A DNA stretch of 64,000 nucleotides, taken from positions 31,434,001-31,498,000 of the forward strand of contig NC_087246.1 of assembly GCF_037042905.1 (NCBI RefSeq), given 5' to 3'. Position 1 is the first letter of the stretch. Every line of letters begins with the position of its first letter. The notes beneath the pieces were generated by a model. That model was not told where the DNA came from, did not search any database, and saw nothing but the letters and a program-made list of their open reading frames with translations. The translations under genes were made by a program, and so were the position numbers. This DNA is from Lytechinus pictus (Eukaryota). Shown piece by piece: positions 24,684 to 38,338 of this stretch.

Positions 24684-26552
24684 AAACCTAAGTTTTGGTC
24701 AAATTCAAATTGCAGATAAAAATTCTTAAGTTTTAAACAATAAAATATTGAAATTTTGCACGTACCGGCATATCTCCCTCCATTGACTTAAATCTGACAA
24801 ATTGTTAACAATGGCAGCTTGGCAAGTTAATGTTATAAGCTACAGAAATTCAGCAATTTCATTGGTCAATTGCATGCTTGACATAGCTTTTTGGCACTTG
24901 TTATCCATTTCAAAACTCAGTCAAAAGGTAATTCAATAGGACGTATGAATGAAAGAATGTATAAATAAAATCATAAATTGTTGAAAAATAATTCCCATAT
25001 ACATGGACATGTACTGCTTATGACAAGTAATCTGATATACTTCCATAAAATAAAACTTTGGCAAAGGATAATGTATAAGCCTTCAAGGTAATTCTCTACC
25101 CTGCATATTTTATTTTTAACCATGCAGCAAAACAATATTAAATTATTGTTTTTAATAAACGATTGTTTTTAATATGTCTACTACTCTTCGTTCACACTGG
25201 ATAGGAGAAATCCTCTTAAATTCTCCAATCTGAATGCTCTCAGAGAGCCCCCCCCCCCCCCTCTTGATGGATGATCAAGGGGTTCAGGAACAAAAGGAGA
25301 GCAACCTTGATAAAGGGGGGGGGGGTGTTCTCATTACCAAAGTCCAACAAGAGTGCCGCTAAGGCGAGCACATAAATGGAGTTATTAGTCAAGCAAGCGA
25401 AGTGGAAGGTGGCAACTTTACCTTTGACCTTATGACCTCAAAATCAACAGAATTGCTGAGATCTATGCTAGTATCATACATACCAAATTATATAAGCCTA
25501 GGTTAAGTTCAACTAAAGTTATCGCATTTACAATGACTTCAGAAGTTCAGAGGGGTAAGATGAAAACATCTCACTGTGACCTTGACCTTTGACCTTTTGA
25601 CCTCAAAATCAATAGGTTTCCTGGGATCCATGTTAGTATCGTAAACAGCAAATTATATGAGCCTAGGTTAAGTTAAACTAAAGTTATCGCGTTTACAAGG
25701 ACTTTAGAAGGGTACAATGAAAATATGTCACTGTGACCTCTGACCTTTTGACCTCAAAATATATAGGTTTCTTGGGATCCATGCTAGTATCATACACACC
25801 AAATTATATAAGCCTAGGTCAAGTCAAACTGAATTTATCACGTTTACAAGGAAAAGTTAACGGACGGATACGTCCCGTCTAGGACGGGCGTATAAAAAGT
25901 AAATCTAAGTTTGGGTCACTTTCAAATTGCAGATAAAAATTCTTAAGATTTAAACAATAAAAGATTGAAATTTTGCACGTACCTGCATATCTCCCTCCAT
26001 TGACTTAAATCTGACACATTTTTATCAATGGCAGCTTGGCAAGCTAATGTTATAAGCTACAGAAATTCAGAAATTTCATTGGTCAATTGCATGTTTGACA
26101 TAGCCTTTTAGCACTTGTTATCCATTTCAAATTAGGATTTTGAACATAAGCTAACTCATTCAAAAGGTCGTATGAATAAAAGAATGTATAAATAAAATCA
26201 TAAATTGTTGGAAAATAATACCTAAATACATGGACATGGTCTGTTAATGAAAAGTAATCTGATACACTTCCATGAAATAAAACTTCGGCAAAGGATAATG
26301 TCAAGGTCATACTCATACCCTGCACATTTTATTTTTCATCATGCAGCAAAACAATATTAAATGATTGTTTTCATATATCTACATTGTACTACTCTTCGTT
26401 CACACTGGATAGGAGAAATCCTCTTGAATTCTCCAATTCGAATACTCTGAGAGCCCCCCCCCCCCTTGATGGTCCAGGGACAGAATTTGGAAAGGAGAGC
26501 AACTTTGATAAAAGTTATTACTAAAGACCAAAAAGTCATTACTAAAGACCAA
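24684..26552 (+). repeat. Diverged ~660-bp direct duplication (24684-25347 and 25901-26552) separated by an H1 element
   Basis: Both units begin CTAAGTTT.GGTCA..TTCAAATTGCAGATAAAAATTCTTAAG and end TCATTAC.AAAG.CCAA; colinear with scattered substitutions and indels. Confidence 0.85.
25346..25898 (+). mobile_element. Helentron-associated element, family H1 copy 2
   Basis: AACAAGAGTGCCGCTAAGGCGAGCACAT start; same tandem units as 15589-16175; 3' hairpin ATACGTCCCGTC-TAG-GACGGGCGTAT followed by an A-run. Confidence 0.8.
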
Positions 26553-26667
26553 AATGTGATTACCGGTATTTGTTCTAATTTCTTCATGTGAAATAAGTTC
26601 AGAAAGAAAGTAATTCTTTAGACAAAGCACTGAATTCCCCCAATAAATTGAAACAAAGGGATTTATA

Positions 26668-27272
26668 ATTCGTCTGCGGTCATCCGAACTGTCGTATCGC
26701 ACATACAACAGTGCAGACCCATTTCAGAGAAAATCGACTTCAAACTTTACTGTAATTTCCACACTTTGTTCCCCAGCCTTACAACATATTCCATTATTTA
26801 CTGCTAGAAAAATACATGGTTGGAAAGATCAAGACAATTGCTTGACATTGGTATCTTTATTTTTACACAAAACCAGGAATCAGAAGAAATATCGCAAAAG
26901 AGCTACATGCTTGTAAGTTTGGTTTGAGCGGTTTAAATTTACCCTGGCCACGATTTCAACGCACACGATCAAGCAAACGTCGTATCCCTCTTTCACGCGC
27001 AAAGTCAATGCAGCATTTGCATATTATGTGCACGCAGCTATTCTTTACTTTGCTACAGTACACGTGTCCAATGGGATCTGCACATTTTATCAACAATTTG
27101 TATGGCATGAAAATCCCCTCCATATCTCAGAAAATAAATGAATTGCTGCCTAAAAATTTAATTACCGTATATATCGAAATTGTGTTCTTTCATTTCACCT
27201 GCAAAAATCTCAAAATTTATTTTGGACCAAAATTGACTGATACGACGGTCCGGATGAACGCCCACAAATTTT
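26668..27272. mobile_element. ~600-bp MITE
   Basis: TIR AATTCGTCTGCGGTCATCCGAACTGTCGTATC / GATACGACGGTCCGGATGAACGCCCACAAATT. Confidence 0.75.
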
Positions 27273-27388
27273 AAGTTTGTTGGTTGAATGCATGATCTAT
27301 GCACCCTCCATGCTCCATGCACCCTTTGTCAGCAGAAGATGTCTATATATCTCAAATCATGAAACATTACATTTCGATCATTTCATAA

Positions 27389-28305
27389 AACAAGGAGATT
27401 CACGAACAACGAATCATGTCTGATTTCATGATCAATAAAATAGGCAATATGATCTTTTGACCCCTATATGACCTTTGACCATATCATCCTCAAGAACACA
27501 CGTGTGGTAATACCCAAAGTTCATTTGTACCGAGTATGAACACAACTGATGAAGATATAAACTTAAAGAAATGAGAGCAAGACGGTTGAACAAAAACTCG
27601 AAAAAAAAACATGGACAAGACCTCATATCATTTGACCTTCTGACCCCTGATGACCTTATGAACATAATAAATAAATGAGAACCAGTTGCACAAAAATTCA
27701 AACAAGGATGAGCATGACCTCATATCATTTGACCTTTTGACCCCTAGATGACCTTGTCCCCATTATCCTCAGGGACACAGATGTACCAAAGGATCATGTG
27801 TACCAAGATTGAACATACATGTAATTTGATGTGGAAATAAAGAAATTAGACCAAGTTGAACAAAAACTTGACTTTTGACCCCTTAATGACCATTGACCCC
27901 ACCTTCAACAACACACATGTAGTATTACCCAAAGATTATATTACCAGAATGAACGTAATTGATGCAAAAATAAAGAAATGAGACCAAGTCGAACAAAAAC
28001 TTCAAAAAAGGATGAACATGACCTCATATCATTCAACCTCTTGACCCCTAGATGACCTTTGACCCCATCATTCACATAGGTTCACATGTGGTATTACCCA
28101 AGGATCATATGTACCAAGTATATGAACATAATTGATGCAAAAATAAAGAAATTAGAGCAAGTTGAACAAAAACTTTAACATTTTCGAACAGATCAACAGA
28201 TTAACGGACTAACTGAACAAGGGACTAACAAACCAACAGACTAACAGACCAACAGGAAAAGTGATTACTATGTCTCTGCCGAACTTCATTCAGGCGAGAC
28301 AAAAA
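27389..28305 (+). mobile_element. Helentron-associated element, family H2
   Basis: AACAAG start; degenerate tandem units with TGACCTTTTGACCCC; (AACAG/ACTA)-type microsatellite; 3' hairpin TGTCTC...GAGACA followed by an A-run. Confidence 0.7.
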
Positions 28306-28865
28306 TGAACAAATACAATGGCCAGATTAGACCAGCAAAAGTTCTATGTCTGTAACTCCAACTCATACACTTTCTTCAAGGGCTGTTGATGGGGGCAAAC
28401 TACTTTTAATCATGTGATTTCCTTCTGACCAATCATATTGATTCTTAGTATGTAGCATATAAAGTAAACAGTCCCTGAAGTATGAAAGACAATCCCAGTG
28501 TTATTGACCTTGAAAGCAAGAAAGATATATTTTGAAAGTTGAGATATTTCAGGCAGAAGCCCAAAGGAAGAACAAAGAATGATATGAACTTTTCTGAAAA
28601 TGAAAAAAAAAATCACAAATACACAGCCCTTGCCTACATGTACCAGCAAAACAGAGAGAAATCTAGTAGCCGTCTGTTGAATAAAAAAGGGGTATCGTTG
28701 ATATTGCTTGAGTCACCAAGACTAAACTTGATCTCATTTTACATTCTAGGGTGTGGCCTTATTAGGTATGCATGTACATGAAGGTGGATGGTAGAATCAT
28801 CCTTCACCTATAACAGAAGTTAGTGTGAAGGAATTCCACAAGTAGCATGAAACTAACAAGACCTC

Positions 28866-29317
28866 GTTCTCATTACGATCTTAAAAACTAGTTTACTGGA
28901 AACGGGTTCAGGAAACCAGTTTGGAATATCGCTTTACTATAGCATTCCCATTTCATCAACCGAACGTGGTTTTCAAAACAACTTCACGGAAAGCGGTCTT
29001 GCTGTTGCTATGGAAACGTTCTCAGTGGGGTGACATGTTTCGCACATTTAAAATTGGAGCGTAGACATTCGACACATAGTGTGTGGAGTAGCGTGCTCAA
29101 AATGTACGAAGATCGCTTCCTGAAGAGCGGTTGTGTCCTCACTTATGCTAAACCCAGTTTAACGAGGCAAAGCGATCTTGAAATCTACATCATGAGGTGG
29201 TTTTCCAATCCTGTTTGGAAGGTCACTTCCAAGACCACTTCAAGCATTCTCATTACATGTTAAACTATAGTTTCCACTGAACTATAATTTCCAGTAAACT
29301 AGGTCCTAATCGAGACT
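28866..29317. mobile_element. MITE-like element
   Basis: Inverted ends CTAGTTTACTGGAAA / TTTCCAGTAAACTAG; CpG-rich interior with repeated GAAAC/GTTTC motifs; TSD unclear. Confidence 0.55.
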
Positions 29318-32300
29318 ATACATGTAAGTTCACAAGGTAAAGCACCTATCAGCGCCATTGGCTATTGGTCCACACAAATCGGTGAGGGGTAGATGTAGTG
29401 GGTGTGTTAAGAATCAGTTCTGACAGGGGTATCCCTGAAGCGGCTGATGGGCAGCGGAACCGGGGGAGGGGGGGGGTGCTGGTGGGGCTTCACCCCCCCT
29501 CATTTTTTTCAAAAACCGTGTACAAAAATGTAAAAATTACCATCTGATTGTGAGTTTTCACAGGGTCAGCCCCTGGGATCATGGTAGTATTTCGATAGAA
29601 ATGTCTGTAAGCTATAATCAAATCTATGCATGATAGATAGGTGACTTTTTTGTGCTAAATTCGTTCAGGCGAGACAATAACAATGAAAGTCTTGATATTG
29701 TATATTTTATCATAATCATACCCTATATTAAGGGATTTCATTTCTCTTATAAGAATACATCTCAAATAAAATGTAACCAATAAGAGAATCTAAAGACCTA
29801 ATTGTTGAGTGTCGCCCCCCCCCCACCATCTGCCTCCTTTGCAAGAGTGAGCTCCAAAGCCTCATAAATTTCATCTCCCTTCCTAGATGTAGTAATTTTA
29901 GCATGGATACAATGAAACACTTCAATCAAATATTTAGATTTGATTATTAATGTCTTAATTTTTCCATATAATTTGTTCAGCTTTTCCTGATTAAACACAT
30001 CTGATGCAGTTTGACTAGATCCTTTAGATAGATATTGGCTTCATCAAAACTGCTAATAGATTTCCAATCAAAAATATTGATTCAGTATAGTCATTTCTTG
30101 TTTCAACAATCCCTCATAAAACAAATATCAGGGCAGTCCAACTGCCACACTCAGAGAGACCCCAGTTTTCCATTTTAATGCAATTCCATCTTTTAAAGTA
30201 CTTCTGAATTCTGAACATCACCTTTTGTGTTCTATGACATGTGCACAATAAATAATTATAATAAAGTAATTGTAAATAAAGATAATCATGGAAAAGGTAA
30301 ATTATTTTTGCGCAGACATAACTTTTCACTTTGTAATTTCCACAATTCTATTTTATTGGATATTTCTTTGATTTCTTGAATTTCTCTGATTGTTTTCCTA
30401 ATTCCATTTTTTTTGCTAAAAAATTGAATATTCTGTGAAATTCCAAGAATTCTGTGAATTTTTCAGGTTTTAGTATAGGGAAAAGCTGGTGACTCTACAT
30501 ATTATGCAGATGAGAATTCTCAATGGTATGAAACTATGAATGTTATATCCAACCTTCCAACCTTGTACATATAAAGTTAGCTTGAACCATTGAAAGTGGT
30601 AAATTAAACATTTAGGAAAAGTTGTCACTTCTCCGACCTTTCAAATGTTGATATAACATTTCATTTTTTTTAAGTGTAACATGGATGTCTTGATATAAAA
30701 GATTCTGCTTAGTCTGTACAGCTAAGGCGATACCACTTTGACCAAAAAGTTTGCAATTATGATTACAACAGTGGCTGAAATTAATGGTGATTTTGCTTTC
30801 GAATCCTGGATGAGCTGCCTTTATGAAAGGAGTCATGAAAATTCAGGGAGGTCTTTTGATTTTTAACTAGCTAGCGTGGCTAGATTGTGCTAATAAGATT
30901 TTTTCTATAATTTTTTTTAAAGAAGAATAGAGGTTCTAATTTTAAAAGGTTCTCATTCATCACCACACAACTGCACAAAAGGCATCTGGGGTTACCGACA
31001 ATAGAATTACATCACATGCCGTAGTGCAATTTTCCAATTAACTGGGTATGGAGAAAAGAAGAAGAAACGATAGTTAAAAACGAGTCTCTCTTAATCATTC
31101 TTAAATCAATAACACCCATGCTGTGTTATTTCAGCTGGATAAACATGTCTATTATAATAAATTTGAAGATATAGTTTGAAATCCATCAAAAATGAGCTAA
31201 AATTGCATTTTTACTTCCTTAACAATATACATAAAGTTGTCTGAAAGTTTAAGAATGTATTGTACTAATAATCAAGGAAGATTTTAATTGATTTTCAAAC
31301 TAGTACAGCCTATTTCTCAAAACTATTGATTCATAATATCATTTATTGGTTAAGGAATTCTAGAAACTTATTTTGCTCTATCTACTGTAATTCTTTTTCA
31401 ACAAATTTAATATATATACAGTTATCTACATATCTTGCTGTGTATTGTTGTATTGTTATTGTTATTCATAATTATTACAAAACCTCATGGAACACCAAAT
31501 TGGTGTTATGTGCCACACTTTTTTTTCAAAAATAGAAATATTTTCATTACGAATCTTTTTACAGAAAAAGTAGTAATCAGATAGTTTATGATCACACAAT
31601 GTAGATAAATGTACTTCATTTATTTTCAGGATTTGAATCTGCAATATGGTACACATATACTATATCATCAACGCTTTCATCAAGGATTCCAAGAGGCAAA
31701 ATATATGTAAAACATTAATAAAAATAGAATTCTTTTTAAAATGTTCATACATTTGAACTGTTAAACGTCTATAATCCCAAACACTTTTAGTCTTACTGTC
31801 ACATTTTTTGTATAAATATTCTACAATTAAAATATGTTCCTACATGTCTGCCGAAGCCCTATTGGGACAATTGATAATAAAAAAACAGTGGTGATGTTAA
31901 GCTCCTATCCACAAAGAGAATTTTAAAACCTATATACAAATGATTCATATTCAGTAACTATAAAAAATAATAACCACAAGCATGCATGAAAACTTTTAAC
32001 TTGTTTGAACTTGAATATAATATTCAAGTTCAAACAAGTGAAAAACTGGCATGCCATATGCCATTAATTTGCAAAAATTTGGCAAGAACATATGATGGTT
32101 TTCATCTTATCTTTCACTCTGATTCTGTGAAGCTTACCACTGCAAAGCCATTTAACACTTTGCAATACAAATCAATATTTCAATGCATGGCAAAAGTCCA
32201 TGGATCGGAGGTCAATGATGTATATAAAGAATAAAATCCCCATATTTCTGTCTAAAAAAATCTCATATTCAGACCATTTTCTGCCTGAGAATGTACAGAA

Positions 32301-33281
32301 AAAGCACCAGGAGCGGAGAGAGGGGTGAACACTCTCGTATTTAACGTAGCGGAATGTTGCCCAGCATGGGCCCAATTTGGAGCCTGCCTTCTGTGTTGGT
32401 CATACCGGGGGCGGGGCAGATGCAAGAAACACACCACTGGCTCATTGAGAATGAAGATTTTCAATTATAAGGAAACGGGATCGTAAGAGATATTATCTTA
32501 CTGCATTCTGTTTTCTGGTTCCAAACATTATGCTTTGAAACGGATGTAAAAGCATATTGGATATCTATCCTTTTGCTGGATTTACCGATTTACTATTTTA
32601 TGGGATAATGTTAATTTATTGAATATCACTCAGATGAAAGTTTGACAACGGTCTCTGATGGTTTGTCGGACATTATAACCAGTTTATGGGGGTACCCCCA
32701 AATGATTAAAGAACAAATGAAAAAAGTTCAAACAAGTTCAAAGAAAGAGAATAGAGATTAAAAAAATATATAAGAGGGGATAGAAATGATAAAATGGAAA
32801 GATCGAGGAGAGAAAACTCATTGAATCAGCGCTGTTTGCACCCCATGAGGTCTTGTATGTCAATAGGCTTGGGCTGCTAGTCCCTGCCGATTAATGTGTG
32901 AATAATTATCTCGCTCTGACGCTTTAAGATCAGTCCTGCTGTCCAACCCTAAATCTGAAGTAGACAGGACTGCAGAAAAACATTTAAAAACTTTCTTGCC
33001 CTGAAATAAGTTGTTTTCCGATATGAATCAATGATTTTTTTAAATCTTGTCTCCATTTCAGTAACATTGCCTGATTGGAAAATCAATCAAATCAAATCAT
33101 TAAAAGTCATTGATTCAGCTACCAATTCAAACATGATTACGATTATTTAGGTCAGACAGGAATGACCAGACATCAATAAGCAAAGAAGTCAGTTATTTAT
33201 CAAGACATTCATGATTTTTTTTCACAATAAGGATACTACCATCACATTAATTCTTTCAGTTTTGGCAGGTATGCTCTCTAT

Positions 33282-33757
33282 AGGTGGTTTCAGACCGCCT
33301 CGAAGTTCGTCAGTTCCAGGTATTCTCTGATCGGGAAATTTACCCCGATCAGAAAATACCAGGTATTTTGGTAATGTGAAAGCAAACTACGCGTAATTTC
33401 CCCGAAAGAAAATACCCGCTAAATAGTAGGTACTTGGCGAAATTACGAGAACTTTCGCGGGGATTTTTCCAAGGTCGCAGGTATTTTGGCAATGTGAAAG
33501 CAATTTACGGGAACTTTTAGCCCAGCGTGTCGTTGGGCGCGGGCGCCGTGGGTGGCTGCTGGGCTAGTGGTTTTGAATCTCGCGCCTTGCCTGCTTATTA
33601 GACCATACTGCGCATGCTCCTAACTTCAGGAATTTATCCCGCAGGGTATGTTTCGGGGCGGTGTGAATGCAGGAATAATTAATGGGTATTTTTTAGCCTA
33701 ATAATGTTCTCGTAATTTAACGGGGATTCTTGTGATCGAGGCGGTTTGAAACCGCCT
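33282..33757 (+). mobile_element. ~476-bp MITE (Harbinger-like), family G
   Basis: TIR AGGTGGTTTCAGACCGCCTCG / CGAGGCGGTTTGAAACCGCCT, TAT flanks; copies at 38339-38814 and 44344-44822. Confidence 0.88.
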
Positions 33758-33784
33758 TATGTATACATTGACACAGCATGGGTA

Positions 33785-34021
33785 CACTCTAAAAATCAAG
33801 GATTTAAAATAAATCCAGATCGGCTGTGAATAGTGACCAGCCGAATATTACATTTAGTTTTAAACCTTGAAGATTTAAACATAAATCTAAAAGATTTGAA
33901 TTTAAATCCTTTGAGATTTGAAAGTTAATCCTAAAGATTTAAAATAAATCCAACATTCGGCTGGTAATCATCCACAGCCGATCGATCTTGATTTATTTTA
34001 AATCCTTGATTTTTTAGAGTG
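33785..34021. mobile_element. Palindromic CACTC..GAGTG MITE with TA TSD (EnSpm/CACTA-like)
   Basis: TA|CACTCTAAAAATCAAGGATTTAAAATAAATC ... GATTTATTTTAAATCCTTGATTTTTTAGAGTG|TA. Confidence 0.85.
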
Positions 34022-34145
34022 TAACCCACATGGTCTGCCTCCTGGATGCTCTCAGGAATGGTGTATGAACAACCTTGTTACCTTTATAGACAGCTAATGA
34101 CTTCCCATCAACTAAATAAAAAGTTTGGGTATTAATGTTGATCAT

Positions 34146-34757
34146 GGTAACACGACATTCGCTCAGACTGTGACAATTGCTCCGGTTTTTATTTTGTCTT
34201 AAAGAGAAATTCCAGTAGTTGCAGTAAACACTGATTTCATGAGAAAGTCTGTAAAACCAGGCTTATTTGTCAGTATATCATCGAGGATCTAGATGGTACA
34301 GTTACATAAACTGAACTTTGTGAAATCTTGAAATCTACGCTGAAAAATGTTCAGACTGAACTTCCCCAACACAGATAAGCGCACGTGGGACTGTGTATAA
34401 TTATTGCTTTGAGCGTCGGGCCCGACGCTCTACCCGAATCCTGTGCTTATTTGCTGATTTCTCAGCAATTACACAATTTCTTCCAGAATCCTTTGGCACA
34501 TGCGTTTTATTTATACAAACAGACACTTTGGTGGTCATTTCATTGGATTCTGTACGAACTCATTTTGATATCGTTACCAAAACTAGCATTTACCTTTAAG
34601 GTTTAGAGTAAGGGGTAGGGTTGCAATAGGGCTTGATGTAAGGCTTAGGTTTAGGACAGTGTATCGTCAATTAAATCCAGGGTTGAAGTTAGTAAATCGA
34701 TATAAGTGTGCGGAATTTATTGTGGAACAATTGTCGCCAGAGCAATGTCATGGAATT
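34146..34757. mobile_element. Small TIR element interrupted by a family K MITE
   Basis: Ends GACATTCGCTC..GACAATTGCTCC / GGAACAATTGTC..GAGCAATGTC, with 34199-34599 nested inside. Confidence 0.6.
34199..34599 (+). mobile_element. Family K TTAA MITE (diverged subfamily)
   Basis: TTAA|AGAGAAATTCCAGT ... ACTAGCATTTACCT|TTAA; homologous to 8362-8764. Confidence 0.85.
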
Positions 34758-35383
34758 GTTGTGGGAAGATAATCATACCATTTTCGACTTTTGACAATGT
34801 TTATTCATACCTTTTATAAACTACTGTAACTGAAATTCATCATTATTGATCAGTTTGTTCTCGTTTGCAAAATGTGTGAGATCAGGAATACCAGGTTCAG
34901 AATTTTTTCTTCCCCTCGTGCTTCCTGTCCTTCAATTCCCTCCTCCTTTACCTCCACTGCACCCCCCCCCCTCCGTCTCTACCAACGCTGTTTACACTCA
35001 ACTCACTGAATTTCCCTATTCCTGACCAATTTTCTCCTTTGCTCTTTTTTTCTCCTTTCGTAATATTCCTCTTTTGAAACAATACCTATATATTGCCTAC
35101 TATTGTTTTTTCTAAATGTTCAATGATGTAAAACTTTCATCTTTTGTCTATAAAATAACCCATTGCCCCTTCATTGCGCTATTCTATTGAAAATCCTAAT
35201 GCGAGACAGCTAATGTTTACTCACCTGTTCTCTGAAAAGAATAATCTTATTCCTCCATACAGAATGTTCATAGGTAAAAGAATATTAGAATCTAACAAAA
35301 ATAAGGAACAGTGTGTGTGAGTACATATACATAATTGAAACAAATATCAAATTCAAATAATGAACATGATGATGAATATTAGT

Positions 35384-36346
35384 AACAAGTGGAATGCCTC
35401 TGGCCGTCTCACCTGCATCACGCGATTCAATATAGCAGCAGTGCTGATTTTGAAAACTACTATAACTCGCACAAGATGTTTAGTGATACTTGGTTACTCT
35501 TATTTCCACGTTTTATGAACTAGACCAATACACTTATAGAGATATGATGGCAATTCAACAAATACCCCCAACGTGGCCAAAGTTCTTTGACCTTACATGA
35601 CCTTTGACCTTGATCATGTGACCTGAAACTCGCACAGGATGTTCAGTGATACTTGATTACTATTATGTCCAAGTTTTATGAACTAGACCAACACACTTTC
35701 AAATTTATGGCTGTAATTCAACAAATACCCCAATTTGGCCAAAGTTCATTGACCCTAAATGACCTTTGACCTTGATCATGTGACCTGAAACTCGCACAGG
35801 ATGTTCAGTGATACTTGATTACTATTATGTCCAAGTTTTATGAACTAGACCAACACACTTTCAAATTTATGGCTGTAATTCAACAAATACCCCAATTCGG
35901 CCAAAGTTCATTGACCCTAAATGACCTTTGACCTTGGTCATGTGACGTGAAACTCATGCAGGATGTTCAGTGATACTTGATTAACCTTATGTATAAGTTT
36001 CATGAACTAGGTCCATATATTTTCTAAGTTATGATGACATTTCAAAAACTTAACCTTAGGTTAAGATTTTGATGTTGATTCCCCCAACATGGTCTAAGTT
36101 CATTGACCCTAAATGACCTTTGACCTTGGTCATGTGACATGAAACTCAGGCAGGATGTTCAGTAATACTTGATTAACCTTATGGCCAAGTTTCATGAACT
36201 AGGTCCATATACTTTCTAAGTTATGCTGTCATTTAAAAAACTTAACCTCAGGTTAAGATTTGGTGTTGACGCCGCCGCCGCCGTCGCCGCCGCCGTCGGA
36301 AAAGCGGCGCCTATAGTCTCACTCTGCTATGCAGGTGAGACAAAAA
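35384..36346 (+). mobile_element. Helentron-associated element, family H3, with 162-bp tandem array
   Basis: AACAAG start; subterminal IR GTCTCACCTGCAT / ATGCAGGTGAGAC; 162-bp units (35599, 35761, 35923) then a 192-bp variant; (GCC)n microsatellite; 3' hairpin plus AAAAA. Confidence 0.85.
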
Positions 36347-36765
36347 TAACAACTCTAAAAAAAATAAATGCATTGGAAATAAGTTACAAACCGCAATTTT
36401 ATGAATGTTGGCAAACAGTGTGAAAAAATCAACACAGCCATTTGATCAAGATTTTCATTTTGAAGTATAAAAATACTTTGCATATAATTCTATTTTCATT
36501 GGACACTGACACACTCATTTGGCTATTTCACAGGATTGCACTTTTGTCACTAACTTTCTTTAGTAAATGTAATTATGTCAAATCAGTAAGGTTTATTTGT
36601 TTACTCACATGCAATTCATTGAATAATTTGTTTTCAACAATACAAACGTCTTCCTCTTCCCTTTTTTGAGTTGATTTTGTCATACTTTTCTTTCAACCAT
36701 GACACTGCAGACTGTTTGTCTATCCTTATGTTGCACTGCACAATACTATTTTTCCTTACACATTT

Positions 36766-36807
36766 CTCCAACCATGGACCTTCTAGCTAGTAGGTCCATG
36801 CTCCAAC
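36766..36807. mobile_element. P-superfamily-like excision footprint / micro-insertion 5
   Basis: CTCCAAC [CATGGACCTTCTAGCTAGTAGGTCCATG, 36773-36800] CTCCAAC. Confidence 0.75.
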
Positions 36808-38338
36808 CACATAAATGTTAAACGTCTATAATCCCAAACACTTTTAGTCTTACTGTCACATTTTTTGTATAAATATTCTACAATTAAAATATGTTCCTAC
36901 ATGTCTGCCGAAGCCCTATTGGGACAATTGATAATAAAAAAACAGTGGTGATGTTAAGCTCCTATCCACAAAGAGAATTTTAAAACCTATATACAAATGA
37001 TTCATATTCAGTAACTATAAAAAATAATAACCACAAGCATGCATGAAAACTTTTAACTTGTTTGAACTTGAATATAATATTCAAGTTCAAACAAGTGAAA
37101 AACTGGCATGCCATATGCCATTAATTTGCAAAAATTTGGCAAGAACATATGATGGTTTTCATCTTATCTTTCACTCTGATTCTGTGAAGCTTACCACTGC
37201 AAAGCCATTTAACACTTTGCAATACAAATCAATATTTCAATGCATGGCAAAAGTCCATGGATCGGAGGTCAATGATGTATATAAAGAATAAAATCCCCAT
37301 ATTTCTGTCTAAAAAAATCTCATATTCAGACCATTTTCTGCCTGAGAATGTACAGAAAAAGCACCAGGAGCGGAGAGAGGGGTGAACACTCTCGTATTTA
37401 ACGTAGCGGAATGTTGCCCAGCATGGGCCCAATTTGGAGCCTGCCTTCTGTGTTGGTCATACCGGGGGCGGGGCAGATGCAAGAAACACACCACTGGCTC
37501 ATTGAGAATGAAGATTTTCAATTATAAGGAAACGGGATCGTAAGAGATATTATCTTACTGCATTCTGTTTTCTGGTTCCAAACATTATGCTTTGAAACGG
37601 ATGTAAAAGCATATTGGATATCTATCCTTTTGCTGGATTTACCGATTTACTATTTTATGGGATAATGTTAATTTATTGAATATCACTCAGATGAAAGTTT
37701 GACAACGGTCTCTGATGGTTTGTCGGACATTATAACCAGTTTATGGGGGTACCCCCAAATGATTAAAGAACAAATGAAAAAAGTTCAAACAAGTTCAAAG
37801 AAAGAGAATAGAGATTAAAAAAATATATAAGAGGGGATAGAAATGATAAAATGGAAAGATCGAGGAGAGAAAACTCATTGAATCAGCGCTGTTTGCACCC
37901 CATGAGGTCTTGTATGTCAATAGGCTTGGGCTGCTAGTCCCTGCCGATTAATGTGTGAATAATTATCTCGCTCTGACGCTTTAAGATCAGTCCTGCTGTC
38001 CAACCCTAAATCTGAAGTAGACAGGACTGCAGAAAAACATTTAAAAACTTTCTTGCCCTGAAATAAGTTGTTTTCCGATATGAATCAATGATTTTTTTAA
38101 ATCTTGTCTCCATTTCAGTAACATTGCCTGATTGGAAAATCAATCAAATCAAATCATTAAAAGTCATTGATTCAGCTACCAATTCAAACATGATTACGAT
38201 TATTTAGGTCAGACAGGAATGACCAGACATCAATAAGCAAAGAAGTCAGTTATTTATCAAGACATTCATGATTTTTTTTCACAATAAGGATACTACCATC
38301 ACATTAATTCTTTCAGTTTTGGCAGGTATGCTCTCTAT

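Noticed and set aside
35599-36200. Regularly spaced repeats resembling a CRISPR array
   Set aside because: Whole 162-bp units repeat with no unique spacers; eukaryotic Helentron-type array; no cas genes
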